A DNA stretch of 59,362 nucleotides, the filler included. It is 6 parts of 6 records of this genome, joined end to end, with 100 filler letters (N's around TTAATTAATTAA, not from the genome) between each part and the next. Parts side by side here need not be neighbours in the genome. Positions count along the whole stretch, not along the records: positions 18,109 to 35,658 come from SRR31156797_16637; positions 35,759 to 45,781 come from SRR31156797_16644; 4 more parts are not named here. The stretch is one strand, 5' to 3'. Of this stretch, positions 28,017-37,400 are shown in pieces. Positions within the stretch are counted from its first letter, which is position 1, and every line of letters starts with the position of its first letter. Below the pieces are notes generated by a model, which was not told the origin of the DNA, searched no databases, and saw nothing but the letters and a program-made list of their open reading frames with translations. The translations under genes and the position numbers were made by a program.

Positions 28017-28856
28017 ATGAACGATACGGCAACCTCGCGGATCGGATCGGAAAAAGTGATCGAGGTCGAGGACCTGGTCACCCATTACGGCACCCGCATG
28101 ATCCTCAAGGGCGTCAGCATGCACGTCCGCGAAGGCGAAATCATGGTCATCATGGGTGGATCGGGGTCCGGTAAGAGTACTTTGCTGCGCTATCTGATGG
28201 CGCTGGAGACGCCGACGTCCGGCACCATGCGCATTCTCGGCCAGGATATCTCGACACTGGGACTGCGGGAATTTTCGGCCCTGCGCAGGAAAATGGGCGT
28301 CGCTTTTCAAGGCGGCGCATTGTTCAGTTCGATGACGGTCGGCGAAAACATCATGCTGCCGCTGTACGAACACACCAGCCTGGACCGCCAGACCATGGAA
28401 ATCATGGCGCGGCTGAAGCTCGAGGTGGTCGACCTGGCCGGCTTCGAGGACCTGATGCCGGCCGAGCTTTCGGGCGGCATGATCAAACGGGCGGCATTCG
28501 CCCGCGCCTGTGTCATGGACCCGCGCATCCTTTTCTGCGACGAACCCAGCGCCGGGCTCGACCCGGTGGTGTCCTCGGCGCTTGACGATCTGATCCTGAA
28601 ACTGCGCGAAGCCATGGGCATGTCCATCGTCGTGGTTACCCACGAATTGGAAAGCGCGTTCAAGATTGCCGATCGCATCACCGTATTGGATCGCGGCGAA
28701 ATCCTGTTCATCGGAACGGTGCCGGAATTGCGCAACCATCCGAGCGAGCGCATCCAGAATTTGTTGAACCGTAGAATGGAAGACGATCCCGTCGATCCGG
28801 ACGAATATTTGCGCAGATTGATGGGCGAAAAGGAAAACGAGGGGGCGGCGGCATGA
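28017..28856 (+). CDS. mlaF: MlaF/Mkl-family ABC ATPase
   Basis: GGSGSGKS, FQGGALFSSM, LSGGM.KR, DEPSAGLDP, VTHE. Confidence 0.92.
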   Translation: MNDTATSRIGSEKVIEVEDLVTHYGTRMILKGVSMHVREGEIMVIMGGSGSGKSTLLRYLMALETPTSGTMRILGQDISTLGLREFSALRRKMGVAFQGGALFSSMTVGENIMLPLYEHTSLDRQTMEIMARLKLEVVDLAGFEDLMPAELSGGMIKRAAFARACVMDPRILFCDEPSAGLDPVVSSALDDLILKLREAMGMSIVVVTHELESAFKIADRITVLDRGEILFIGTVPELRNHPSERIQNLLNRRMEDDPVDPDEYLRRLMGEKENEGAAA

Positions 28857-29854
28857 GAAGCAGCAAGATCAACTATGTGGTTGTCGGTCTATTCGTCATC
28901 GCCATGGCCGCCGGGCTGGTGACGATGCTGATCACGCTGTCGGGCGGCAGCGGCGACGTCGACCGCTACTACGCCGTTTACAGGAACGTGACCGGAATCG
29001 ATTTCGGGGCCCAGGTACTGTACGAAGGCTATCCGATCGGTCAGGTCGAGGCGGTAACGCCGGCGCCGGAAGGCGGCGGCATGCGGTTCCGGGTCGATTT
29101 CAGCATCCAACAGGGGTGGCAGATTCCGTCCGACAGCACGGCCAGCATCGAAGCGCCGGGCCTGCTTTCGGCGGTCGTCATCGCAATTTCGGAAGGCAGC
29201 GGTTCGACCTCGTTGAAACCGGGGGACCGGGTCGAAAGTCGCGAGGCCGAAAATCTTTTTTCCGTCGTGTCGACGGTCGCCCAGCAGATCAACGAGATTG
29301 CCGTCAATGATTTGAAACCGCTTTTGGCAACGGTCAACGGCACGGTTTCCACCTTCGGCGATATCCTTGGCGACGAAGGCGAAGCGTTGATCGCGGAACT
29401 GAGCGGCTTGGCGGGCGACCTTTCGGAACGTGTGCCGCTGATCGTCGACGACGTCGAGGTGCTGGCCGAGCAGTTGCAGCAGCCGGCCGGCGAACTGAAC
29501 AAACTGTTCAGCCCGAAAAACCGGGAAACCATCGAGGCCGCGCTGGCCAAGGCCGATGCAGCGGCCGGAAGTTTCAACAGCTTTGCCGCCGAAATGCGCG
29601 ATACGCGCGAACGGGCCGATCAGATCCTCGATACGCTGGACAATATGCTGGTCGACAACAAGCTGGATGTCGAACGGGCCATCATCGATCTGCGCCATGT
29701 CGTCGATTCGGTGGCCCGGCACATCGATGCCTTGAACCAGAACATGGAAGGCGCGGCCCGCAACATGTACGAATTCAGCCGCCAGATCAGAAAGAACCCG
29801 GGTTTGCTTCTGGGCGGAACCCCGCCCGAGGACCAGGCGGCGGGCGGCAACTGA
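28853..29854 (+). CDS. mlaD: MCE/MlaD-family protein with a long helical C-terminus
   Basis: N-terminal TM, MCE domain (V.YEGYPIGQV), helical region ending IRKNPGLLL. Confidence 0.85.
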   Translation: MRSSKINYVVVGLFVIAMAAGLVTMLITLSGGSGDVDRYYAVYRNVTGIDFGAQVLYEGYPIGQVEAVTPAPEGGGMRFRVDFSIQQGWQIPSDSTASIEAPGLLSAVVIAISEGSGSTSLKPGDRVESREAENLFSVVSTVAQQINEIAVNDLKPLLATVNGTVSTFGDILGDEGEALIAELSGLAGDLSERVPLIVDDVEVLAEQLQQPAGELNKLFSPKNRETIEAALAKADAAAGSFNSFAAEMRDTRERADQILDTLDNMLVDNKLDVERAIIDLRHVVDSVARHIDALNQNMEGAARNMYEFSRQIRKNPGLLLGGTPPEDQAAGGN

Positions 29855-29858
29855 GCGG

Positions 29859-30479
29859 ATGAGCAGGAAGGGGGGAAGTCCGGTGAAATCGTATCGAATT
29901 TTGCTGATCGCCGCGTGTGCGGCCGGTTTGGTGGCCTGCTCGCAGCCGCCGGTGCCGCAGGATCATTTTTACCGGCTCCAGGTGTCGGCGCCGACCGCCG
30001 TCCTGTCTCGTCCGAAACTGGACGGCACCCTGGAGGTCGCCCGGCTGGTCGCCGACGGACTGACGGCGGGACGTCCGATCGTTTTCAGCGAGGCTTCGAA
30101 GCCGCTGGAAGTCAACGAATACCACTATCACTTTTGGACCGAACCGCCGACGGTCATGCTGCACGACGAACTGGTCGCCTTTCTACGGGCGGCTAAGGTC
30201 GCACGCGATATCACGACGCCGGAATTGAGGCTGGAGCCGGATTATGTGCTGACCGGCAAGGTCAAAAGGCTGGAACAGGTTCGCGGGACCCCGACCAAGG
30301 TCGCCGCCGTCATCGAATTTGCGCTTCGCGACCGCCGGGGAGACCGGCTGATGATGGTCAAGACCTACGCGGTTGAAAACGAGACGGCCGGCCCGGGCGT
30401 GGCGGCCGCGGTCGGATCGCTCAATACAGCCCTGGCCGCTATTTATGGGCGCTTCGTCGACGATCTATCTAGAATTTAG
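29859..30479 (+). CDS. PqiC-like ABC transport auxiliary lipoprotein
   Basis: Lipobox LVAC, FYRL, YHFWTEPP. Alternative GTG start near 29883. Confidence 0.82.
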   Translation: MSRKGGSPVKSYRILLIAACAAGLVACSQPPVPQDHFYRLQVSAPTAVLSRPKLDGTLEVARLVADGLTAGRPIVFSEASKPLEVNEYHYHFWTEPPTVMLHDELVAFLRAAKVARDITTPELRLEPDYVLTGKVKRLEQVRGTPTKVAAVIEFALRDRRGDRLMMVKTYAVENETAGPGVAAAVGSLNTALAAIYGRFVDDLSRI

Positions 30480-30514
30480 CACGGGCGCCTGTCGGGAAAC
30501 GCTCCGGCAGGCTG

Positions 30515-30757
30515 CTAGATTTCCAGTACCCGCCGGTAAAGGTCGAGCAGGGCCTGCTGTTCGTCGCGGTCGCTCTGGTCCAGCTTCCGCAGGCGGACGA
30601 TCTGGCGCAGGGTTTTGACGTCGAACCCGGCCGCCTTGGCTTCGGAATAGATATCGCGAATATCGGCCGTCAGCGCCGCCTTTTCCTCTTCCAGACGTTC
30701 GACCCGTTCGACGACGGACCGAAGCCTGTCTGCCGCAATACCGCCAACTTCCGTCAT
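30515..30757 (-). CDS. gapR: DUF2312/UPF0335 protein (GapR-like nucleoid-associated protein)
   Basis: LRSVVERVERLEEEK...DIYSEAKAAGFDVKTLRQIVRLRK; 80 aa from ATG 30757. Confidence 0.88.
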   Translation of the reverse strand: MTEVGGIAADRLRSVVERVERLEEEKAALTADIRDIYSEAKAAGFDVKTLRQIVRLRKLDQSDRDEQQALLDLYRRVLEI

Positions 30758-31001
30758 GTTCGTGTCCTTTTCCTGCTTTCGCGATCCAACCGAGCCGGCC
30801 CGCATCGAAGAATCCGATGACGGGCGGCGGGACCATAGCGGCGCCGGGTCCGGCCTTGCAAGTGGCTTTTTCAATACCGGTCGTTAATCAAATTGAAACC
30901 GGTCAAGCCGTTGAATAGCTTGAGGATTCGACCGGGAATCACTAATAAATAGAGATGACATGCTGAATTTCCCGGCCTTTTGATGCGAACAGGAATTTCA
31001 A

Positions 31002-32063
31002 GTGGCCACCTATGATTTAGAACGGTTGCGGGTTCTTCTTGTCGAGGACAACAACTACATCCGTACCGTTTGCCACAATCTTCTGAATCACTTCGGGTTC
31101 GGCCAGGTGCTGACGGCAAAAAACGGCGCCGAGGCGGTCGAAACGCTGAAGCTGCCCGGCGGCGTCCAGGTTCCGGGACTGCCCGGGGTCGATATCGTTA
31201 TTTCCGATTTGATCATGAGCCCCGTCGACGGGCTGATCCTGCTGCGATGGTTGCGCGGCGCCAAGGATTCGCCCAACCGCTTCATGCCGTTCATCATGTT
31301 GTCGGGGGCCGCCGATGCCAAGTATGTGGCCGAGGCCCGCGATCTTGGCACCAGCGAATTCCTGGCCAAACCGTTTTCCGCCGAATCGGTCTACAAGCAT
31401 CTTCTTGGGATCATCGACTATCCGCGTCCGTTTATCGCTTCCCGCACCTATTTCGGGCCGGACCGCCGCCGCCGCGAAGGTTCGGCGCCGGACAAGGAAC
31501 GCCGAACGACGCGCGACAGCGATGTCACCCTGGTTTATTCGGGTGATCGCATCGTCAAGCCGACCAATCCGACCGAGGTGTGGAAGTTCATCCTTCCCAA
31601 TCGTCTGAAGGAAATGGTCGGCGGTCTCGGTGGCGGCGAGCCCGGCGAAATCCCGGTCGGCATCCTCGAAGAGGCCGAAGCCGAGTTGGAAAAGGCATCG
31701 ACGGATTTCACCGAGTGGGCCGGCGGTTACCTGGCCAAGCTTTCGAAATATTGCGAACAGGCCTTGGCCGAGACCGAAGGGCGGCGGAAATATTTCAACG
31801 AAATCAATTTGCTGGCCCACGAGTTGCGCGGCCAGGGCGGCACCTTCGGCTATCCGCTGATGTCGACCTTCGGCAAGATGCTGTACGACGTTACAGGTTC
31901 GGAAAGCCGACTCGACGACAACGCCGTTGAAATCGTCAAGTCGCACATCGACGCCATGCGGGCGGTTTTGCGCGAAAAGGTCGCCGGCAGCGGCGGCAAG
32001 ATCGGCCAGGAGTTGCTGAAATCCCTGGAAGTCGCCGTCGACAGACTTTCCACCGTCGACTGA
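31002..32063 (+). CDS. Receiver domain + Cle-type arginine-rich motif + C-terminal Hpt-like domain
   Basis: LLVEDN, ISDLIMSPVDG, FLAKP; PRPFI...YFGPDRRRR; AHELRGQGGTFGYP. Confidence 0.85.
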   Translation: MATYDLERLRVLLVEDNNYIRTVCHNLLNHFGFGQVLTAKNGAEAVETLKLPGGVQVPGLPGVDIVISDLIMSPVDGLILLRWLRGAKDSPNRFMPFIMLSGAADAKYVAEARDLGTSEFLAKPFSAESVYKHLLGIIDYPRPFIASRTYFGPDRRRREGSAPDKERRTTRDSDVTLVYSGDRIVKPTNPTEVWKFILPNRLKEMVGGLGGGEPGEIPVGILEEAEAELEKASTDFTEWAGGYLAKLSKYCEQALAETEGRRKYFNEINLLAHELRGQGGTFGYPLMSTFGKMLYDVTGSESRLDDNAVEIVKSHIDAMRAVLREKVAGSGGKIGQELLKSLEVAVDRLSTVD

Positions 32064-32093
32064 GCGCTAGCCGGCTGCTGGTCCTTTCGGCCT

Positions 32094-33230
32094 TCAGATT
32101 CCGTAAACCGTTTCGTCGATCAACCTGTCGACGACCTCGAAAAGGGCTTCTTCGCGGCCGGCGCCCCGTTCTTCCGCCTGGCGATAGAAGGCAAGCTGGC
32201 GGTGGGCGCTGGTTCCCCGTTCGCAGATCCTGCGGATGTGGTTGACCTCGTCGACGCAGCCGAGCGCTTCGGCATCCTCGCGCACCATGTCGATCAGTTC
32301 TTCGAGCAGATCGATGCAGGGCACGATCTCGCCGCGGCCGAAATCGACCAACCCCTCGTCAAGACCGTAGCGCTGGGCCCGCCAGCGGTTTTCGTTGATC
32401 AGCATGCGCGTATAGATACGCCAGCGCTGATTGTCGCGGCGTAGCCGATAAAGCATTCTGAGAACGCAGAGGAAGACGGCGGCGATGGCGATGGCGTCCT
32501 CCAGATAGGTGCAGACATCGGTGATGCGCATCTCGACGGTTGGGAATTTCGAGCTGGCGCGGATGTCCCACCAAAGCATCGACGCATCCTTGATCAGCCC
32601 GGCGCGGGTCATGAAATCGACGTGCCGGCCGTATTCGCTGAAGGATTCGAACGGTTCCGGCAGGCCGGTGCGCGGCAGCTCGTTGAAGACCGAAAGCCGG
32701 TAGGATTTCAACCCGGTATCCTCGCCGCGCCAGAACGGCGAAGAGGTGCTCAGCGCCAGCAAATGCGGCAGGAAATAGGTTGCCTGGTTGATCAGGTCGA
32801 TGCGCAGGTCGTCGTCGCCGATGCCGATATGCACGTGCATGCCGCAAATCAGAAGCCGCCGCGCCACCGCCTGAAGATCGCGGGCCAGGACGTGGTAGCG
32901 TTCCTTGTCGGTATGCTGCTGTTCCTGCCATTCGGAAAAGGGATGGGTCGATGCCGCGATCGGGGCCAGGCCGTGTTTGGCGGCCTCCTCGGCGACCGAG
33001 CTTCTGAGCCAGGCCAGGTCGTCCCGGGCCTGGGAAACGGTTCGGCAGACACGGGTGCCGACTTCGATCTGGGATTGCAGGAACTCGGGCCGGACAAGGT
33101 CCTTGATGCGCGATTCGCACGCCTCGATCATGGCTTCGGGCGGTTCGCCGACGAGGTCGCGGGTCGTCCGGTCGACCAGCAGGTATTCTTCTTCGATACC
33201 GATTGTGAAGGGGGGATCGGAATAGATCAT
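32094..33230 (-). CDS. Carboxylate-amine ligase (YbdK/GCS2 family)
   Basis: TIGIEEEYLLVD, CGMHVHIG, LSTSSPFW.G.DTG, WWDIR, VEMRITD. Confidence 0.93.
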   Translation of the reverse strand: MIYSDPPFTIGIEEEYLLVDRTTRDLVGEPPEAMIEACESRIKDLVRPEFLQSQIEVGTRVCRTVSQARDDLAWLRSSVAEEAAKHGLAPIAASTHPFSEWQEQQHTDKERYHVLARDLQAVARRLLICGMHVHIGIGDDDLRIDLINQATYFLPHLLALSTSSPFWRGEDTGLKSYRLSVFNELPRTGLPEPFESFSEYGRHVDFMTRAGLIKDASMLWWDIRASSKFPTVEMRITDVCTYLEDAIAIAAVFLCVLRMLYRLRRDNQRWRIYTRMLINENRWRAQRYGLDEGLVDFGRGEIVPCIDLLEELIDMVREDAEALGCVDEVNHIRRICERGTSAHRQLAFYRQAEERGAGREEALFEVVDRLIDETVYGI

Positions 33231-33248
33231 TCGGGCCGGTCCGTTTGC

Positions 33249-34043
33249 TTACAGGCCGGCGGTCCGTCGGGCATGGATCAGGGCGTCGGCAAGGACGGCC
33301 GTCCAGTTTTCGATGTCGGCTTCGGTCTGCACCAGATCCTGGCGCACTTCAAAGGCGACGTGCGGATGCCCGGCGTCTCCGGCGTGATAGTTCACGGAAA
33401 ATCCGTATTCCCGCCCCGAATACGGCTCGTTGTCGCCAACATTGAATCCGGCCTCGTCGCGCAAATACCGGATCATCGGCACCGCCAGCCGCGGGTCGCG
33501 GTTCCACAGAATTCCCGTCTCCCAGGGCCGAAGCGTACCGCCATTCATGCGCGGCGTGAAGGTATGAACGTCGACCAGGATGGGGGTGGCGCGCTTTTGC
33601 CGGGCGTCGTAGGTGTCGGACAGGGCGTTGTGAAAAGGCCAGAAGACCGAATGAATCCGCCGCACCCGCGCCGGCTCGTCGAGCCCGCTGTTGCCGGGAA
33701 CGGCCAGGCCGTCGCTGATTTCGGGGATTGAATCGATGCTACCCGGCAGGCGGTTGAGATCGATGACGAGGCGCGAATAGGTGCCCATCACGGCCGGTGC
33801 ATCGAGCCTTTTGGATAGCCCGAGGGTGATGTCCCTGGCACCGATATCCCAGCCGATGTGGCGGGACCGCGCGTCGTCGTTCAGCCCAAGCTCGCCGAGT
33901 TCCTCCGGTATCGCCTGCCCGGCGTGGCAACACATCAGAAGGAACGGTGATGCGCCGTCTTCGTTGACGGTTTCGAATGCCGGGGGATCGTTGGGCGCAA
34001 GAAGCGACGGAAGGCCGGCGGAGATGGGAGTTGTCGAGTCCAT
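33249..34043 (-). CDS. N-formylglutamate amidohydrolase family protein
   Basis: C.HAG, HIGWDIGA, SRLVIDLNR, VHTFTP, GDNEPY, EVRQDL. Confidence 0.92.
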   Translation of the reverse strand: MDSTTPISAGLPSLLAPNDPPAFETVNEDGASPFLLMCCHAGQAIPEELGELGLNDDARSRHIGWDIGARDITLGLSKRLDAPAVMGTYSRLVIDLNRLPGSIDSIPEISDGLAVPGNSGLDEPARVRRIHSVFWPFHNALSDTYDARQKRATPILVDVHTFTPRMNGGTLRPWETGILWNRDPRLAVPMIRYLRDEAGFNVGDNEPYSGREYGFSVNYHAGDAGHPHVAFEVRQDLVQTEADIENWTAVLADALIHARRTAGL

Positions 34044-34306
34044 GAAGTCCGAGCGTTTTTTCTGATCGTAGTTGTTGACGGCCTGTATCGTCGGATTGCC
34101 GCGCAAGAGTCAAATGGCGATGGCGCGGCGAAAGCGCAATCTTGCCAAGCGTCGGAGGGCGTCGCGAAGCCTTGCCGATGGTCCGGCATCGCATGCGGCT
34201 CCGCTCCTACCCGATGGAACGCGGTGACGATCTCAATGGGTTATTATTAATGCAGGTTGGTATAAGGTCTTCACATTCGAATTCAACCCATGGGACCGGG
34301 AAGCGG

Positions 34307-35599
34307 ATGCCGCGCCAGGAAAATACCGAAAGCCAATCCCTTCCCATTGCCCTGGCGATGGCATGGATCGGTTGGGGCCTGGGCGCGGCCTTCTATTGCT
34401 ACGGGTTTTTCCAGCGGGTCGTTCCGAGCGTCATATTTTCCGATCTGATGCGCGAATTCGGCGTTTCCGGGGCGGTGCTGGGAAACCTGAGCGCATTTTA
34501 TTTTTACGCCTACGCCAGCCTGCAGATTCCGATCGGGGTCATGGTCGACCGTTTCGGGCCGCGCCGGATGCTGGCCCTGGCGACCGTGCTGTGCGGGACC
34601 GGAAGCCTTCTGTTTGCGGCGTCGAGTGGCATCAATGGTGCCTATGCCGGCCGCGCCTTGATCGGGGCCGGGGCGGGCGTTGCCTGGATCGGCAGCCTGC
34701 AGGTTGCCGGTCAGCTTTTTCCGCAATCGCGTTTCGCCCTGTTGTCGGGCCTGACCCTGCTGGCCGGCGTCATCGGCGCCGTCGGCGGCCAGGCGCCGCT
34801 GGCCTATCTGGTCGATGTCGTCGGCTGGCGCTGGGTGATGACGGCGGCCGCGATCGTTGCCGCCGCCCTGGCGCTGGCGATCTGGTTTTTGGTGACGGAC
34901 CGGCCGTTGCCGGCGGCACAGGCGCTGCCGCGGTCGGGCACCGCCATTTTGAGCGGACTGTGGCAGATCGCGAAAAGGCCGCAAAGCTGGTTCTGCGGCC
35001 TGTTTGGGGCCGGCTTGGGCGTGCCGACCCTGGCCTTTGCCGGTCTTTGGGGCGTGCCCTACATGATGCGGGCTTACGATCTCGAAAAACCGGACGCGGC
35101 GCTTTGCACCACCGCAATGCTGCTGGGCTGGGCCTTCGGTGCGCCGATAGCCGGTTGGATTTCCGATCGCATCGGCCGCCGCCGTCCGGTGATGATCTTT
35201 TCTTCGGCCACCGGCTTGATCACCCTGGCCGTGGCGCTTTATGTACCCGGGTTGCCGTTGGCCGTGGTCGTCGCCCTTCTGCTGGCTCACGGCGCCTTCT
35301 CGGGCGGCATGGTGCTGTGCTTCGCGACGGTGCGCGAAAACAACAGCCCGTCGGTCAGCGCCTCGGCCGTCGCCTTCGCCAACATGTTGGTGATGGGATC
35401 GAGCGCCGCCTTCCAGCCGCTGATCGGCTGGATTCTCGATCTCGGCTGGGACGGCAGGATCGAAGACGGCGTCAGGATTTTCGCGCCCGGTGATTTCAAG
35501 GCGTCGTTTTTATCCCTGATCGCCATCGGCGTTGTGTCCATGGTTTCGGCCTTGTTGGTGCGCGAAACATATGGACGGCCGCTGGATTCGGAAGGATAG
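34307..35599 (+). CDS. MFS transporter
   Basis: Motif A G.MVDRFGPRR and GWISDRIGRRRP; about 12 TM segments. Confidence 0.92.
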   Translation: MPRQENTESQSLPIALAMAWIGWGLGAAFYCYGFFQRVVPSVIFSDLMREFGVSGAVLGNLSAFYFYAYASLQIPIGVMVDRFGPRRMLALATVLCGTGSLLFAASSGINGAYAGRALIGAGAGVAWIGSLQVAGQLFPQSRFALLSGLTLLAGVIGAVGGQAPLAYLVDVVGWRWVMTAAAIVAAALALAIWFLVTDRPLPAAQALPRSGTAILSGLWQIAKRPQSWFCGLFGAGLGVPTLAFAGLWGVPYMMRAYDLEKPDAALCTTAMLLGWAFGAPIAGWISDRIGRRRPVMIFSSATGLITLAVALYVPGLPLAVVVALLLAHGAFSGGMVLCFATVRENNSPSVSASAVAFANMLVMGSSAAFQPLIGWILDLGWDGRIEDGVRIFAPGDFKASFLSLIAIGVVSMVSALLVRETYGRPLDSEG

Positions 35600-35658
35600 C
35601 CGGCGGCAAGGCGCAAACAAACGGACGATAGTTGATATTCGAAGCGGAGGGACGATGA

Positions 35659-35758
35659 NNNNNNNNNNNNNNNNNNNNNNNNNNNNNNNNNNNNNNNNNN
35701 NNTTAATTAATTAANNNNNNNNNNNNNNNNNNNNNNNNNNNNNNNNNNNNNNNNNNNN
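35659..35758. other. Artificial contig spacer
   Basis: N44-TTAATTAATTAA-N44. Confidence 0.98.
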
Positions 35759-35911
35759 GGTAATTTCCTGGCTTCTTTCTGCCTGGGCCACAATATACCG
35801 GACATCAGCCCCTAAGCTGGAGAGTTTTTCCATCACCGGGATGATAAACCGGGTGTGATGAAGGAGGGCGATATAGGCGATGATTTTTTTATTTTTCCAG
35901 AAATTATCCAT
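35759..35911 (-). CDS. Hypothetical protein, 3'-truncated
   Basis: Start overlaps the upstream stop; MDNFWKNKKIIAYIALLHH resembles a GT-B-like N-terminal strand. Confidence 0.55.
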
Positions 35912-37103
35912 TGGCATTACCTTTCTGTTCAATGGGGGCCAGATTCCGTTTGGCAATATCTATGAGGATATAGGCCAACTCTGTTTCGTCCATATGGGAA
36001 TCAATGATTTCATTTACCAATTCTTTAAATACGGACCTGTCATTGGTCCATGTTTTATATCCTTCCCCATGGGGAGGTATCATGGGGTCAAACATAAGGG
36101 TGGGGATGCCTAAAACCGAGGAAACTTCTGTGCAATAACAATCGGCACAGGCGAGGACGGCATCGGCCATAATGATTTCCGTGGGCCGGTTCAGGTCGTG
36201 AAAGGAGTATGAAAACAGGGGCAGTTCCTTGTTGGATACGGTCTCAATGATCTGTTTGTGGGTGTGGGATCCCCTGACCTGGTCCTTTCCATAGGAAAAC
36301 ATCAGATGGATTTTATCTGCCACAGGCATAAGCTGGGCCACCAGTTCTTTGTATTCATAGGTCATGGCAACATTATGTGGGATATAAAAAATGGTTTTCT
36401 CGGGCGGTATATCCTGGCGCTTGTACCGTGATCCCATTCCGTTCCGCCACAGGGTATGGGTTGCAGGAGAGAAAAATTTTCCTTCATATCTGGGCAGCCT
36501 CCATAGTTTTCGGGCAAGATTTGCCTCGGGCCCACCCAGGTATGCATGGCTCTCTTTCCGGGTGGTGATGATCCCGTCCATCAGGGAGGGGGCCAGGGTC
36601 CATCTGGCCGCCAGGGGCAGCATTTCATACCCGATCACCGGGACCTTGTTCATTTTTGCAAGGTGGACCCAGGCATAAAAGATTCTTTCTTCACTTTCAC
36701 CCGAGCCCAGGGGGGTGGGAATCTGGATTATGACGCCGGCGACATTCTGCTCATTGGGGGCATTTACAAATGCCTGATAAAGATTTCCGCTGCCAAGGTC
36801 ATCCAGAAGAAGCACCTGCCAGAACTTCAGGCCGTCTGAAAAATCCTTGTGGCCCAGTTGGTCCCTTTTCCGGCAGTATCCTTCATAGGTGTTGTGTCTT
36901 GATTTTGATCCTATTTTAAAAACAACCGGCTTGAGCTTGGCCGCCAATGATAAGGCGTTTTTCGAGGTTTCGGGAATGAGGAATTTTAGGTTCAGCAGCT
37001 CTTTGATACGTAATTGAATCAACTCAAGGAAATCAATGAGGTTGGGGGTGACCTGGTTGTCCTGCAATACCCAGTAAAGGACAGGCTTTTTATTCTGTTT
37101 CAT
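35904..37103 (-). CDS. Hypothetical protein, possibly a GT-B-fold glycan biosynthesis protein
   Basis: 399-aa ORF in a glycan cluster. C-terminal ADAVL...TEVSSVLGIPTL resembles the D.vi...S...EA...G.P tail of GT-B enzymes. Confidence 0.55.
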   Translation of the reverse strand: MKQNKKPVLYWVLQDNQVTPNLIDFLELIQLRIKELLNLKFLIPETSKNALSLAAKLKPVVFKIGSKSRHNTYEGYCRKRDQLGHKDFSDGLKFWQVLLLDDLGSGNLYQAFVNAPNEQNVAGVIIQIPTPLGSGESEERIFYAWVHLAKMNKVPVIGYEMLPLAARWTLAPSLMDGIITTRKESHAYLGGPEANLARKLWRLPRYEGKFFSPATHTLWRNGMGSRYKRQDIPPEKTIFYIPHNVAMTYEYKELVAQLMPVADKIHLMFSYGKDQVRGSHTHKQIIETVSNKELPLFSYSFHDLNRPTEIIMADAVLACADCYCTEVSSVLGIPTLMFDPMIPPHGEGYKTWTNDRSVFKELVNEIIDSHMDETELAYILIDIAKRNLAPIEQKGNANG

Positions 37104-37400
37104 GGTGATTTCAATTCCCCCGGTGTTAAGTGAGTTTAATGAGGTTTCATCCTGCCATAATCCACCCCTGTTTTTCAAGGCTTTAAATCCCCCTGTTATG
37201 GAGCGTGCCGGATCTTTTGCCTTGGCTGAATGGCTTTAAAAAGCGGTTGTAATCATTTTCAGCATCAATTATATATATTCAGTGATTTTGCAGCGACCCG
37301 ACTGATTGTCGAATTCAGTCGGCCTTAAGGTGGTGAAGGCGTTTCAGTAGCCAATAAACCTGCCATGTGCAAGAATATTCCAGGTCAAGGAGAATGCTCA

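Noticed and set aside
27216-28739. 507-aa minus-strand ORF (similar cases at 879-2123, 2014-3177 and 25514-26731)
   Set aside because: Antisense shadows of well-supported plus-strand genes.
28840-28856. C-terminal Ala-Ala of MlaF (and of ThrC) as ClpXP degrons
   Set aside because: Both ends overlap the next gene's RBS and ATGA start, which can explain the Ala codons.
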